Shown here: positions 48,577 to 57,082 of the stretch, in pieces
Layout: each line of letters starts with the position of its first letter
Position numbering within the stretch: the first letter of the stretch is position 1
Assembly (NCBI GenBank): GCA_018268595.1
Contig: JAFDWH010000004.1
Span: forward strand, 237,531-301,530
Length of the DNA: 64,000 bases
Reading direction: 5' to 3'
From: Actinomycetota bacterium
GTDB taxonomy: Bacteria > Actinomycetota > Thermoleophilia > Solirubrobacterales > Solirubrobacteraceae
The notes under the pieces: generated by a model
What the model saw: only the letters and a program-made list of their open reading frames with translations
Told to the model about the DNA's origin: nothing
The model's database searches: none
Made by a program: the position numbers and the translations under genes

Positions 48577-49731
48577 ATGAGCACGACCTCACCGCCGCAG
48601 CTGAGCCCCGAGCAGCTCGACGCGTTCGGGCGCGAGCTCGACGCGATTCGCGAGCGCGTGATCGCCGACCTCGGCGAGCGCGACGCCTCCTACATCCGCC
48701 GCGTCATCAAGGCCCAGCGCGGGCTCGAGCTCGGCGGCCGCGCGCTGCTCGAGGTCGGCTTCCTGCCGCCCGCGTGGCTCGCCGGCACCGCCGCGCTGTC
48801 GCTCTCCAAGATCCTCGACAACATGGAGATCGGCCACAACGTGATGCACGGCCAGTACGACTGGATGAACGACGCGGCGGTCAACGGCCAGGCGTTCGAG
48901 TGGGACACCGCGTGCCCGGCCGACCAGTGGCGCCACTCGCACAACTACGTGCACCACACGCACACGAACATCCTCGGCAAGGACCGCGACATCGGCTACG
49001 GCGTGCTGCGGATGTCGGAGGACCAGCGCTGGCACCCGTACTACCTCGGCAACCCGGTCTACGCCGCGCTGCTGGCGCTGTTCTTCCAGTGGGGCGTGGC
49101 GCTGCACGACCTCGAGGTCGACCGCATCGCGGAGGGCAAGACGTCGTGGCGCGAGAAGGGCGAGATGCTCCAGGCGATCTGGCGCAAGGGGCGCCGGCAG
49201 GCGCTGAAGGACTACGTCCTCTTCCCGCTGCTCGCCGGGCCGGGCGCGCCGTTCACGTTCACGGGCAACCTGACGGCGAACGCCGTGCGCAACGTGTGGG
49301 CGTTCACGATCATCTTCTGCGGCCACTTCCCCGAGGGCACGCACGAGTTCACCGAGGAGGAGACGGAGGGCGAGACGCGCGGGCAGTGGTACTTCCGCCA
49401 GTTGCTCGGCTCGGCCAACCTCACCGGCGGCCCGCTCTTCCACATCATGAGCGGCAACCTCAGCCACCAGATCGAGCACCACCTGTTCCCCGACCTGCCC
49501 GGCCACCGCTACGCGGAGCTGGCGGTCGAGGTGCGCGAGATCTGCGAGCGCTACGGGCTGCCGTACAACAGCGGGCCGCTGCACAAGCAGTTCGGCAGCG
49601 TCGTGAAGAAGATCGTCAAGCTGGCGCTGCCGGGCGGGGGCGGCGGCGAGCGCGCGCCGGAGCCGGTCGCCGGTGCGCCCGCGCCGGAGCTGGCGCCCGC
49701 GCCGCCGGCGCGCGAGCTGGTCGCGGCCTGA
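48577..49731 (+). CDS. membrane fatty acyl-CoA desaturase (DesA3-like)
   Basis: Three His boxes: 'HNVMHG', 'HSHNYVHH' and 'HQIEHH'. Adjacent to a reductase, as in the mycobacterial DesA3/Rv3230c pair. Confidence 0.9.
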   Translation: MSTTSPPQLSPEQLDAFGRELDAIRERVIADLGERDASYIRRVIKAQRGLELGGRALLEVGFLPPAWLAGTAALSLSKILDNMEIGHNVMHGQYDWMNDAAVNGQAFEWDTACPADQWRHSHNYVHHTHTNILGKDRDIGYGVLRMSEDQRWHPYYLGNPVYAALLALFFQWGVALHDLEVDRIAEGKTSWREKGEMLQAIWRKGRRQALKDYVLFPLLAGPGAPFTFTGNLTANAVRNVWAFTIIFCGHFPEGTHEFTEEETEGETRGQWYFRQLLGSANLTGGPLFHIMSGNLSHQIEHHLFPDLPGHRYAELAVEVREICERYGLPYNSGPLHKQFGSVVKKIVKLALPGGGGGERAPEPVAGAPAPELAPAPPARELVAA

Positions 49732-49737
49732 CGCGGC

Positions 49738-50559
49738 TCAGCCGCGCTCGGCGAGCGTCGTGACGACGGCCTCGTAGACGCCCGCGCCGTACGAGGCTTC
49801 GGCGATGCGCACGTTGGGGCGGCCGGCGATCGCGTCGCGCAGCGTCGGGTCCTTCTGCAGCGCGTTGGCGACGAACCAGAAGGCGCCGACCGCGGCGGCG
49901 GCGCCGAGATCCTCGCGCGAGTCGCCGACGGCGATGCACTCCTGCGCCGTGTAGCCGCGGATCTGCATGTGGCGCGCGACGGCGCCGGCCTTCGAGGCGG
50001 CGCGCGGGACGAGGTGGTAGGCGCGCACGAACGGCAGCTCGGCGAGGTCGGCCGAGCGCGAGCGCACCACGCCGTTGTCGACGAGGCGCAGGTGGCCGTG
50101 GCCGTGCCGCTCCAGCAGCGCGTCCGCCTCCTCCGCCTCGATCAGGCCGCGGAAGAGGTGCGAGACATCGCGGTGCTCGTGCCACGGCGCGTGGTACTCC
50201 AGGCGTCTGGCGTAGTGCTGGAGCAGCAGCGCGGGCGCGCCCGAGGCCTCGATCTGCGCGTGGATCGTGAGGCCCTCCGCGGTCGGCTCCAGCCCGCCGG
50301 TGAGCCACTCCAGCTCGCCGTCGACGACGAGCCCCGAGCCGGCCTCGAAGATGTACGCGGTCTGGCCGATCAGGCGCGCGTCCTCCATCGTCTGCGCCTG
50401 CCGGCGGCCGGAGAAGATCACGACCTCGACATCGGCGCGGTGGCACGCCTGCAGCGCGCGCACGGCGTCGAGCGCGAAGCCGCCGTCGGCGTCGCGCAGC
50501 AGCGAGGCGCCGGGGCCGAGCAGGGTGCCGTCGAGGTCGACGTAGAGGCAGCGCAGCAT
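49738..50559 (-). CDS. HAD-superfamily hydrolase, subfamily IIB-like (sugar-phosphate phosphatase-like)
   Basis: ATG at 50559. 'LYVDLDGTLL' (motif I), 'FSGR' and 'AVGDSREDL' (motif IV). Confidence 0.7.
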   Translation of the reverse strand: MLRCLYVDLDGTLLGPGASLLRDADGGFALDAVRALQACHRADVEVVIFSGRRQAQTMEDARLIGQTAYIFEAGSGLVVDGELEWLTGGLEPTAEGLTIHAQIEASGAPALLLQHYARRLEYHAPWHEHRDVSHLFRGLIEAEEADALLERHGHGHLRLVDNGVVRSRSADLAELPFVRAYHLVPRAASKAGAVARHMQIRGYTAQECIAVGDSREDLGAAAAVGAFWFVANALQKDPTLRDAIAGRPNVRIAEASYGAGVYEAVVTTLAERG

Positions 50560-50598
50560 GTGGCGCCGAAGTGTGAAGCATCGCGTACGGTTGCCGGC

Positions 50599-50892
50599 GT
50601 GACGCTCCCCCGGCTGTCGTTGCTGCTGGCGCTGCTCGGCGCCGCGCTCGCGGTCGCCGGTGTGCTGGTCGGCCCGGCGCACTTCACCGGGATCGAGGGC
50701 GCCTATTTCACGCGAGCGGCCGGCGAGCCGCCGTTTGACAGCGCGCTCCGCACATGGGGCGCCGGGCTCGCGCTCCTGAGCCCGCGCGACGGCAACCTGT
50801 GGCTCGGCGCCGGCGTCGCGCTGCTGCTGGCGGCGGCCGGCGCGCTGTTCGCGCACGCTGCGGGCTTGCGGCTCGTGCGCGCGCGGGACTGA
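50599..50892 (+). CDS. possible small membrane protein
   Basis: GTG 50599. 'LSLLLALLGAALAVAGVLVGP' and 'LWLGAGVALLLAAAGALFAHA' are two hydrophobic helices. It fills the gap between divergent genes. Weak call. Confidence 0.3.
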   Translation: MTLPRLSLLLALLGAALAVAGVLVGPAHFTGIEGAYFTRAAGEPPFDSALRTWGAGLALLSPRDGNLWLGAGVALLLAAAGALFAHAAGLRLVRARD

Positions 50893-50918
50893 GCGCGCCG
50901 CGCGTACCATCGACGGTC

Positions 50919-53207
50919 ATGGCCGTCGCCCCCCGGACCGAGCCCTGGAGCGAGCTGCTGGAGCGCGGGCGCGCGGACGAGCGGCTGGTGCACGAGTCGA
51001 GCGTGCCGCCGCGCGCGGGGCACGCCGTGCCGGTCCCCGGCGAGCTGCACCACCAACTGCGGGACGCCTTGACGCGGGTCGGGATCGCGGCGCTGCACAC
51101 GCACCAGCACGACGCGCTGATGGCGGCGATGGACGGGCCGCTGATCGTCACGACCGGGACCGCGTCCGGCAAGTCGCTGTGCTTCAACCTGCCGACGCTG
51201 CAGCAGCTCTGCGTCGACCCACGCGCGCGCGCGTTGTACCTGTATCCGACGAAGGCGCTCGCGCAGGACCAGGCGCGGGCGCTCGCGGCGCTGAGACTGC
51301 CGCGCATCCGCCCGGCGATCTACGACGGCGACACGCCGCAGGGGGAGCGGCGCGCGATCCGCGCGAGAGCGAACGTCGTCCTCACGAACCCCGACATGCT
51401 GCACGTCGGGATCCTCCCCAACCACCGCGCGTGGGGCGACTTCCTCGCCAACCTCGCGGTCGTCGTCGTGGACGAGGCGCACGTCTACCGCGGCGTGTTC
51501 GGCTCGCACATGGGCAACGTGCTGCGGCGACTGCGGCGGATCGCCGCCGCATACGGGACCGAGCCGCGCTTCCTGCTCGCGAGCGCGACCGTCGCGAACC
51601 CGCTGGAGCTGGCGCAGCGGCTGACCGGCCTGGACGACATCGCGCTGATCGACCGCGACGGCGCCCCGGCCGCCGAGCGCACCGTCGCGATGTGGAACCC
51701 GCCGATGCTCGACGAGGCGTTGGGCGTGCGCGCGAGCGCTTTGAGCGAGGCGGCCGACCTGTTCGCCGACCTCGTGCACGCCGGCGCGCGCACGATCTGC
51801 TTCATCAAGTCGCGCAAGGCGGTCGAGCTGATCCTGCGCCACGCGACCGCGCGCCTGGAGAGCGGTTCGCGACCCGATCTCGCCGACCGCATCGCCCCCT
51901 ACCGCGCCGGCTACACGCCGCAGCAGCGGCGCGAGCTGGAGGAGCGCCTGACGCGCGGGGACCTGCTCGGCGTCGTCGCGACCGACGCGCTCGAGCTGGG
52001 GATCGACATCGGCGAGCTGGACGCGGCGATCTGCGTGACGTTCCCGGGGACGGTCGCGTCGCTGCGGCAGATGTGGGGGCGCGCGGGGCGGCGCTCGCGC
52101 GGGCTCGCGGTGTACGTCGCCGGCGAGGACGCGCTCGACCAGTTCTTCTGCCGGCACCCGGATGAGTTCCTCGGGCGACCGGTGGAGGCCGCGATCCTCG
52201 ACCACGAGTCCGAGCAGATCCACGCCGCGCACCTGCTGTGCGCCGCGCACGAGGGTCCCCTCGCGCCCGGCGAGGCGGACGTGCTGGGCGCCGGCTGGCG
52301 CGGCGCGGCCGAGCGGCTCGTGAGCGCGGGGCTGCTGGTCGAGCGGCGCGGCGCCTTCCAGCTGCGCGCGCCGGAGGACTACCCGGCCGCGCGCGTGCCG
52401 CTGCGATCGTCGAGCGCCGACGTCTTCTCTCTGATCGACGTCGCGAGCGGCGAGATGGTCGGCACCCTGGAGGCGGCGCGCGCGTTCTCGACCGTGCACG
52501 AGGGCGCGGTCTACCTGCACCTCGGGCGCGCCTACGAGGTCGTGCAGCTCGACCTGCACGAGCGGCGCGCGCTGCTGAAGCCGTTCGACGGCGACTGGTT
52601 CACGCAGCCCAAACGCGAGACCACGACCGCGATCGAGCGACTCGTCGAGCGGCGCGAGACGATGGGCGTCACGTTGTCGTTCGGCAACGTCGTCGTGACG
52701 GAGACGGTCGTCGGCTACCAGCGCAAGGCGCTCGCGGACCACCAGCAGATCGACTTCGTCGGGCTCGACCTGCCGGAGACCGCCTTCTCGACCCAGGCGC
52801 TGTGGTACGAGCTGGACGCGCTCGCCGCGCTCGGCGACGACGCCGGCCTGGGGGTCGAGCGGCTGCTCGGCGCGCTGCACGCGACCGAGCACGCCCAGAT
52901 CGCGGTGCTGCCGCTGCTGGCGATGTGCGATCGCTGGGACATCGGCGGCCTCTCCACCAACGCGCATCCGCAGACCGGCCGCCCGACGATCTTCATCTAC
53001 GACGGGCACCCCGGCGGCGTCGGCATCACGCGCGCCGGCTACCGCGGCTTCGAGCGGCTCGTCGCCGACGCGCACCGGCTGATCGCCGAGTGCAGATGCA
53101 AGCGCGGCTGCCCCTCGTGCGTGCAGTCGCCGAAGTGCGGGAACCTCAACGAGCCGCTGTCGAAGGCCGGCGCGCTGGCGCTGCTGACGCGCCTGCTCGG
53201 CGCCTGA
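50919..53207 (+). CDS. DEAD/DEAH-box helicase with a C-terminal DUF1998 zinc module (MrfA/YprA-like)
   Basis: Motif I 'TGTASGKS', motif II 'VVVDEAHVYRG', 'ATDALELGIDIG', and the C-terminal four-Cys 'CRCKRGCPSCVQSPKCGN'. Confidence 0.9.
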   Translation: MAVAPRTEPWSELLERGRADERLVHESSVPPRAGHAVPVPGELHHQLRDALTRVGIAALHTHQHDALMAAMDGPLIVTTGTASGKSLCFNLPTLQQLCVDPRARALYLYPTKALAQDQARALAALRLPRIRPAIYDGDTPQGERRAIRARANVVLTNPDMLHVGILPNHRAWGDFLANLAVVVVDEAHVYRGVFGSHMGNVLRRLRRIAAAYGTEPRFLLASATVANPLELAQRLTGLDDIALIDRDGAPAAERTVAMWNPPMLDEALGVRASALSEAADLFADLVHAGARTICFIKSRKAVELILRHATARLESGSRPDLADRIAPYRAGYTPQQRRELEERLTRGDLLGVVATDALELGIDIGELDAAICVTFPGTVASLRQMWGRAGRRSRGLAVYVAGEDALDQFFCRHPDEFLGRPVEAAILDHESEQIHAAHLLCAAHEGPLAPGEADVLGAGWRGAAERLVSAGLLVERRGAFQLRAPEDYPAARVPLRSSSADVFSLIDVASGEMVGTLEAARAFSTVHEGAVYLHLGRAYEVVQLDLHERRALLKPFDGDWFTQPKRETTTAIERLVERRETMGVTLSFGNVVVTETVVGYQRKALADHQQIDFVGLDLPETAFSTQALWYELDALAALGDDAGLGVERLLGALHATEHAQIAVLPLLAMCDRWDIGGLSTNAHPQTGRPTIFIYDGHPGGVGITRAGYRGFERLVADAHRLIAECRCKRGCPSCVQSPKCGNLNEPLSKAGALALLTRLLGA

Positions 53208-53321
53208 CCGGGTTCGCGCGCGGACCCGCCGGGGCCGCGTCGCACAAGTTCGCCGGTCAAACCTGCGCAACGGCGCGTCGGCGCTTGGAGCTTGCACGCG
53301 CTGCTGCCGACGGTGAGGGGG

Positions 53322-54095
53322 ATGGCCCGATCGATTCGCGCCACCTCTCTCCTCCTCATAGCTCTCGGGGTCGCGGCGCCCGGGCTGCCCGCCACCGCGG
53401 CGGCGGCCACGTCGGGCGGCGCGGCCCCGGGGAGCGAGGCGACGACCACGACGCCGACGAGCGCGGGCTCGGTCGGCGGCGCGGCGCCGGGCGCGACGCC
53501 CGCGCAGAGAGCGACGAGCGCCGGCGTCGGCGGCGCGCTGCCGGGGCACAAGCCCAAGCGCCGGAAGGTCGTGCGTCGCAAGGCGGTCGCGAGACCGAAG
53601 GCGAGAAAGCCGGCGACGCAGAAGCCGGTCACGCCGCAGCCGCCGCAGGTCGGGACGGTCGCGGGCGTGTTCCCCGTCCAGGGGCCGTTCACCTTCGGCG
53701 GCGAGGGCGCACGCTTCGGCGCCGGGCGCCCCGGCCACATCCACCAGGGCCAGGACGTCGTCGCCGCGAGCGGCACGCCTTTGGTCGCGCCGGTCGCCGG
53801 GACGGTGACGTGGAAGGCGAACCAGCCCGGCGGCGCGGGCATCTACCTCGTCGTGCGCGGCGCCGGGTCCGGCGAGGTGCGCGACTACGTCTTCATGCAC
53901 CTGCTGCGTGGGTCGGTGCTGGTCGCGCCGGGCGAGACGGTGCGCGCCGGGCAGCAGATCGCGCAGGTCGGCGCGACCGGCGACGCGTCCGGTCCCCACC
54001 TGCACTTCGAGATCTGGGTCGGCGGCTGGTACGCGAGAGGCGGCGCGCCGATCGACCCGCTGCCGCAGCTGCAGCGCTGGGCCGGGCTGTCGTAG
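53322..54095 (+). CDS. secreted M23-family (LytM-type) metallopeptidase
   Basis: GGTGAGGGGG RBS. Signal 'LLLIALGVAAPGLPATAAAA'. 'HIHQGQD' (HxxxD) and 'GPHLHFE' (HxH). Confidence 0.85.
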   Translation: MARSIRATSLLLIALGVAAPGLPATAAAATSGGAAPGSEATTTTPTSAGSVGGAAPGATPAQRATSAGVGGALPGHKPKRRKVVRRKAVARPKARKPATQKPVTPQPPQVGTVAGVFPVQGPFTFGGEGARFGAGRPGHIHQGQDVVAASGTPLVAPVAGTVTWKANQPGGAGIYLVVRGAGSGEVRDYVFMHLLRGSVLVAPGETVRAGQQIAQVGATGDASGPHLHFEIWVGGWYARGGAPIDPLPQLQRWAGLS

Positions 54096-54104
54096 CCGCC
54101 GGCG

Positions 54105-54479
54105 CTACGCCTCGACGCTGCGCGTCAGCGCGAGCTGCTGCGCGATCGCCCCGCCGGCGAGCAGCGCGATCAGCGCCTTGCTGCGCTTCGGGACGGCTCC
54201 GCCGGCGGCGAACGTCGCGACGAGATCGGTCGCGTCGGCGAGCGTGGCGGCGAGCAGCCACGGCTTGAGCGGGCCGCCGCTGCGGCGGGTCGCGAGCGTG
54301 CCGAGCGCGAGCGCCATGTCGCGGGCCCCGACGGCGCGGAACGCGACGGCGGCCGTCGGGCGCTTCGCGTCCTCGCCGATCCAGCCGGTGCCGACCTGCG
54401 AATGCGGCTTGGCGACGAGCGCCGCGCCGATCGCGAGGCGACCTGCGATCAGGCCGGTGAGCATCGTGCGGGCGTTCAT
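54105..54479 (-). CDS. small hydrophobic hypothetical protein
   Basis: 124 aa with several Ala/Gly-rich helices ('LTGLIAGRLAIGAALVA', 'ALIALLAGGAIAQQLAL'). No family recognised. Confidence 0.4.
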   Translation of the reverse strand: MNARTMLTGLIAGRLAIGAALVAKPHSQVGTGWIGEDAKRPTAAVAFRAVGARDMALALGTLATRRSGGPLKPWLLAATLADATDLVATFAAGGAVPKRSKALIALLAGGAIAQQLALTRSVEA

Positions 54480-54541
54480 CGCGTTCGATGCTAGCCGCCT
54501 GCTGCTTTGCGGCGCGCCGGTGGCCGGGTAGGCTCGCCCCG

Positions 54542-56131
54542 ATGCCGTTCAGATCGTACGAGGAGGCGGTCGCGCAGCACCGCTGGGCGGTGCCCGAGCG
54601 CTACAACATCGCGCAGGACGTGTGCGACAAGCACCCGCGCGAGCAGCTCGCGATGGTGTGGGAGCGCCACGACGGCGCGCGGCGCGAGCTGACGTGGGGC
54701 GAGCTGCAGGACCTCGCCAACCAGGCCGCGTGGGTCCTGCGGTCGGAGGGTGTCGCGCGGGGGGACCGGGTGGCGGTCGTGCTGCCGCCGACGCCGGAGA
54801 CGGCGGCGATCTTCTTCGGAACCTGGAAGCTCGGCGCGCTGCTGCTGTCGATGAGCGTGCTGTACGGCGACGAGGGGATCGCGCACCGGCTGCGCGACTC
54901 CGAGCCGGCGGTGCTGGTGACGGACGCGGCGAACGCGGGGCGGTTCGCCGACGCGGGCGTGAAGGTGCTGGTGCTGGACGGCGACGGCTCCGAGGGCGGG
55001 CTGCTCGCCGGCGCGCCGGTCGAGCCGATCGCGACCGACACGGCGGCGGACGATCCGGCGCAGCTCTATTACACGAGCGGCACGACCGGGCTCGCGAAGG
55101 GGATCGTGCACGCGCACCGGTATCTGCTGGCGCACGAGGAGTTCACTTATTGCCACGAGGTGGAGGCGGGCGAGCGCTTCCACGGGATGGGCGAGTGGGC
55201 GTGGGCGGCGGGGATCGCGCCGTTGCTGGGGCCGTGGCGACTGGGCGCGGTGCAGCACGTGTTCCAGCGCGGGGGCGGGTTCGACCCGCACGAGCAGCTG
55301 GCGTTCCTCTCGCGCAACGAGGTGACGAACGTCTTCACGACGCCGACCGCGATGCGCTCGATGATGGCGATCGGCGATGCGGGGTCGCGCTATCCGTGCG
55401 TGTTTCGCCGGGTGTGCTCAGCCGGCGAGCCGCTGAACCCCGAGGCGATCCGCTGGTTCCGCGAGCAGTACGGGGTGACGGTGCTCGACTTCTACGGATT
55501 GACGGAGTCGTATCCGCTCGTCGCGAACTATCCCTTCATGGAGGTTCGTGAGGGCTCGATGGGACGGCCGATGCCTGGGTGGGACGTCGCCGTGCTGGAC
55601 GAGGACGAGCGGCCGGTGGGGGTCGGCGAGCGCGGGGAGATCTGCCTGCGGGCGCGCTCGAACCCGCACTACCCGCTGGGCTACTGGCGCAACGAGGAGG
55701 CGGCGCGCGAGGCGTTCGGCGGGGAGTGGTTCCACACGAAGGACGCCGCGTCGGTGGATGCGGAGGGCTACTACTGGTACGAGGGCCGCGCCGACGACGT
55801 GATCATCTCGGCGGGGTACCGGATCGGCCCGTTCGAGGTCGAGTCGGTGTGCCTGGAGCATCCGGCCGTGCGCGAGGCGGCGGCGGTCGCGTCGCCGGAC
55901 TCGCGTCGCGGGACCGTGGTCAAGGCGTTCATCGTCCCGGCGGACGGCTTCGGCGCATCCGACGCGCTCGCGGAGGAGATCAAGGCGCACGTCCGCTCGC
56001 GGCTGTCGGCGTACGCGTATCCGCGGCTGGTCGAGTTCGTCGACGAGCTGCCGAAGACGCTGACGGGCAAGATCCGCCGGATCGAGCTGCGCCAGGCGGA
56101 GGCGGAGCGGGTGCGCCAGGCCGGCGGATAG
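54542..56131 (+). CDS. AMP-dependent acyl-CoA synthetase/ligase (medium-chain/acetyl-CoA synthetase-like)
   Basis: 'YYTSGTTGLAKG' AMP-binding motif, 'YGLTE', 'GEWFHTKD' and 'LPKTLTGKIRR'. Confidence 0.9.
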   Translation: MPFRSYEEAVAQHRWAVPERYNIAQDVCDKHPREQLAMVWERHDGARRELTWGELQDLANQAAWVLRSEGVARGDRVAVVLPPTPETAAIFFGTWKLGALLLSMSVLYGDEGIAHRLRDSEPAVLVTDAANAGRFADAGVKVLVLDGDGSEGGLLAGAPVEPIATDTAADDPAQLYYTSGTTGLAKGIVHAHRYLLAHEEFTYCHEVEAGERFHGMGEWAWAAGIAPLLGPWRLGAVQHVFQRGGGFDPHEQLAFLSRNEVTNVFTTPTAMRSMMAIGDAGSRYPCVFRRVCSAGEPLNPEAIRWFREQYGVTVLDFYGLTESYPLVANYPFMEVREGSMGRPMPGWDVAVLDEDERPVGVGERGEICLRARSNPHYPLGYWRNEEAAREAFGGEWFHTKDAASVDAEGYYWYEGRADDVIISAGYRIGPFEVESVCLEHPAVREAAAVASPDSRRGTVVKAFIVPADGFGASDALAEEIKAHVRSRLSAYAYPRLVEFVDELPKTLTGKIRRIELRQAEAERVRQAGG

Positions 56132-56207
56132 CCCGTCCCGCCGCCCGCCCGCCGACCCGCCCCGACCCCGCGAGAGGCCGCCGAAACCCGGTACCATCGG
56201 CCGTCGC

Positions 56208-56280
56208 GGCGAGATAGCTCAGTTGGTAGAGCACACGACTGAAAATCGTGGTGTCCCCGGTTCGAGTCCGGGTCTCGCCA
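56208..56280 (+). tRNA. tRNA-Phe (anticodon GAA)
   Basis: GGCGAGA acceptor stem pairs with TCTCGCC plus discriminator A. D-arm 'TAGCTCAGTTGGTAGAGCA', anticodon loop 'CTGAAAA', T-arm 'CCGGTTCGAGTCCGG'. No encoded CCA. Confidence 0.95.
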
Positions 56281-56287
56281 TCGCCTG

Positions 56288-56312
56288 AAAGCGCTGCTAG
56301 TCAGCGCTTTTT
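56288..56312 (+). terminator. intrinsic terminator after tRNA-Phe
   Basis: AAAGCGCTG-CTAGT-CAGCGCTTT followed by TT(C). Confidence 0.55.
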
Positions 56313-56539
56313 CAAAGCCGCTTCCACCACGAGAACGAGTGCCTGCGCGCCACTCCGGCGCTTAGTGGCCACTTCGTGGCCAAAACCCTGCGCCTCGGGC
56401 GCCTCCGGGCGGTCATGACGCTGGCACTCCGACTTCCGGAGCGGCACGTGTCGCGCCTAGCGTGCAACGCCACACGAACAAGGTTGGCCAGGGAACGGAT
56501 GCAACCGTCCCCGGCCGATGCACCGAGGAGAGGCCCCCG

Positions 56540-56880
56540 ATGCACGGCGACAGTCTTCCCGACCACGGTCAGCGGCACCACTCGTGTCCGCCGGCCGAGC
56601 CCAAGCGCACCCGCGACCTGCACGCCTTCGGCAGCGCCGTCCGCGAGCTGCGCGCCTGCTGCAACCTGTCCCAAGAGGCGCTGGGATTCCGTCCGGGCTG
56701 CACCGCAACTACGTCGGCGCGATCGAGCGCGGCGAGATCAACCCCACGTTCCGGGTGCTGCTGAAGCTCGCGGGCGGGCTGGCGATGCCGGTCTCCGAGA
56801 TCGTGGGGACCTACGAGCGCCACCACGAGGCGCTGGAGCTGGACAACCCGCTGCCGCGCCCGACGGCGCGCGGTCCCGCC
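56540..56880 (+). pseudogene. XRE-family HTH regulator disrupted by a 1-nt frameshift
   Basis: The frame from the ATG at 56540 (RBS GAGGAGAGG) reads '...FGSAVRELRACCNLSQEALGF' and then runs off. The next frame continues 'SGLHRNYVGAIERGEINPTFRVLLKLAGGLAMPVSEIV'. Joined at about 56690-56695 they give a canonical XRE HTH. The 3' end is approximate. Confidence 0.55.
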
Positions 56881-57082
56881 CGGACGGATAGCCGGTACGC
56901 GCTCTTGAGCGCTCCGCCTAACGTGATCGGTACGGGTGCGAGCCGGCTCCGGCTCAGCGGACGGGGCGCCCCAAGCGGGGCTTCCCCCACGCCCCCGGCG
57001 TCTCGTCCGCTGAGCCCCCGCATCGCGTCGCCCGCATCCAAGACATTCCCGTCACAAGAGACATCTCGTCGCGGGCTTTGCG

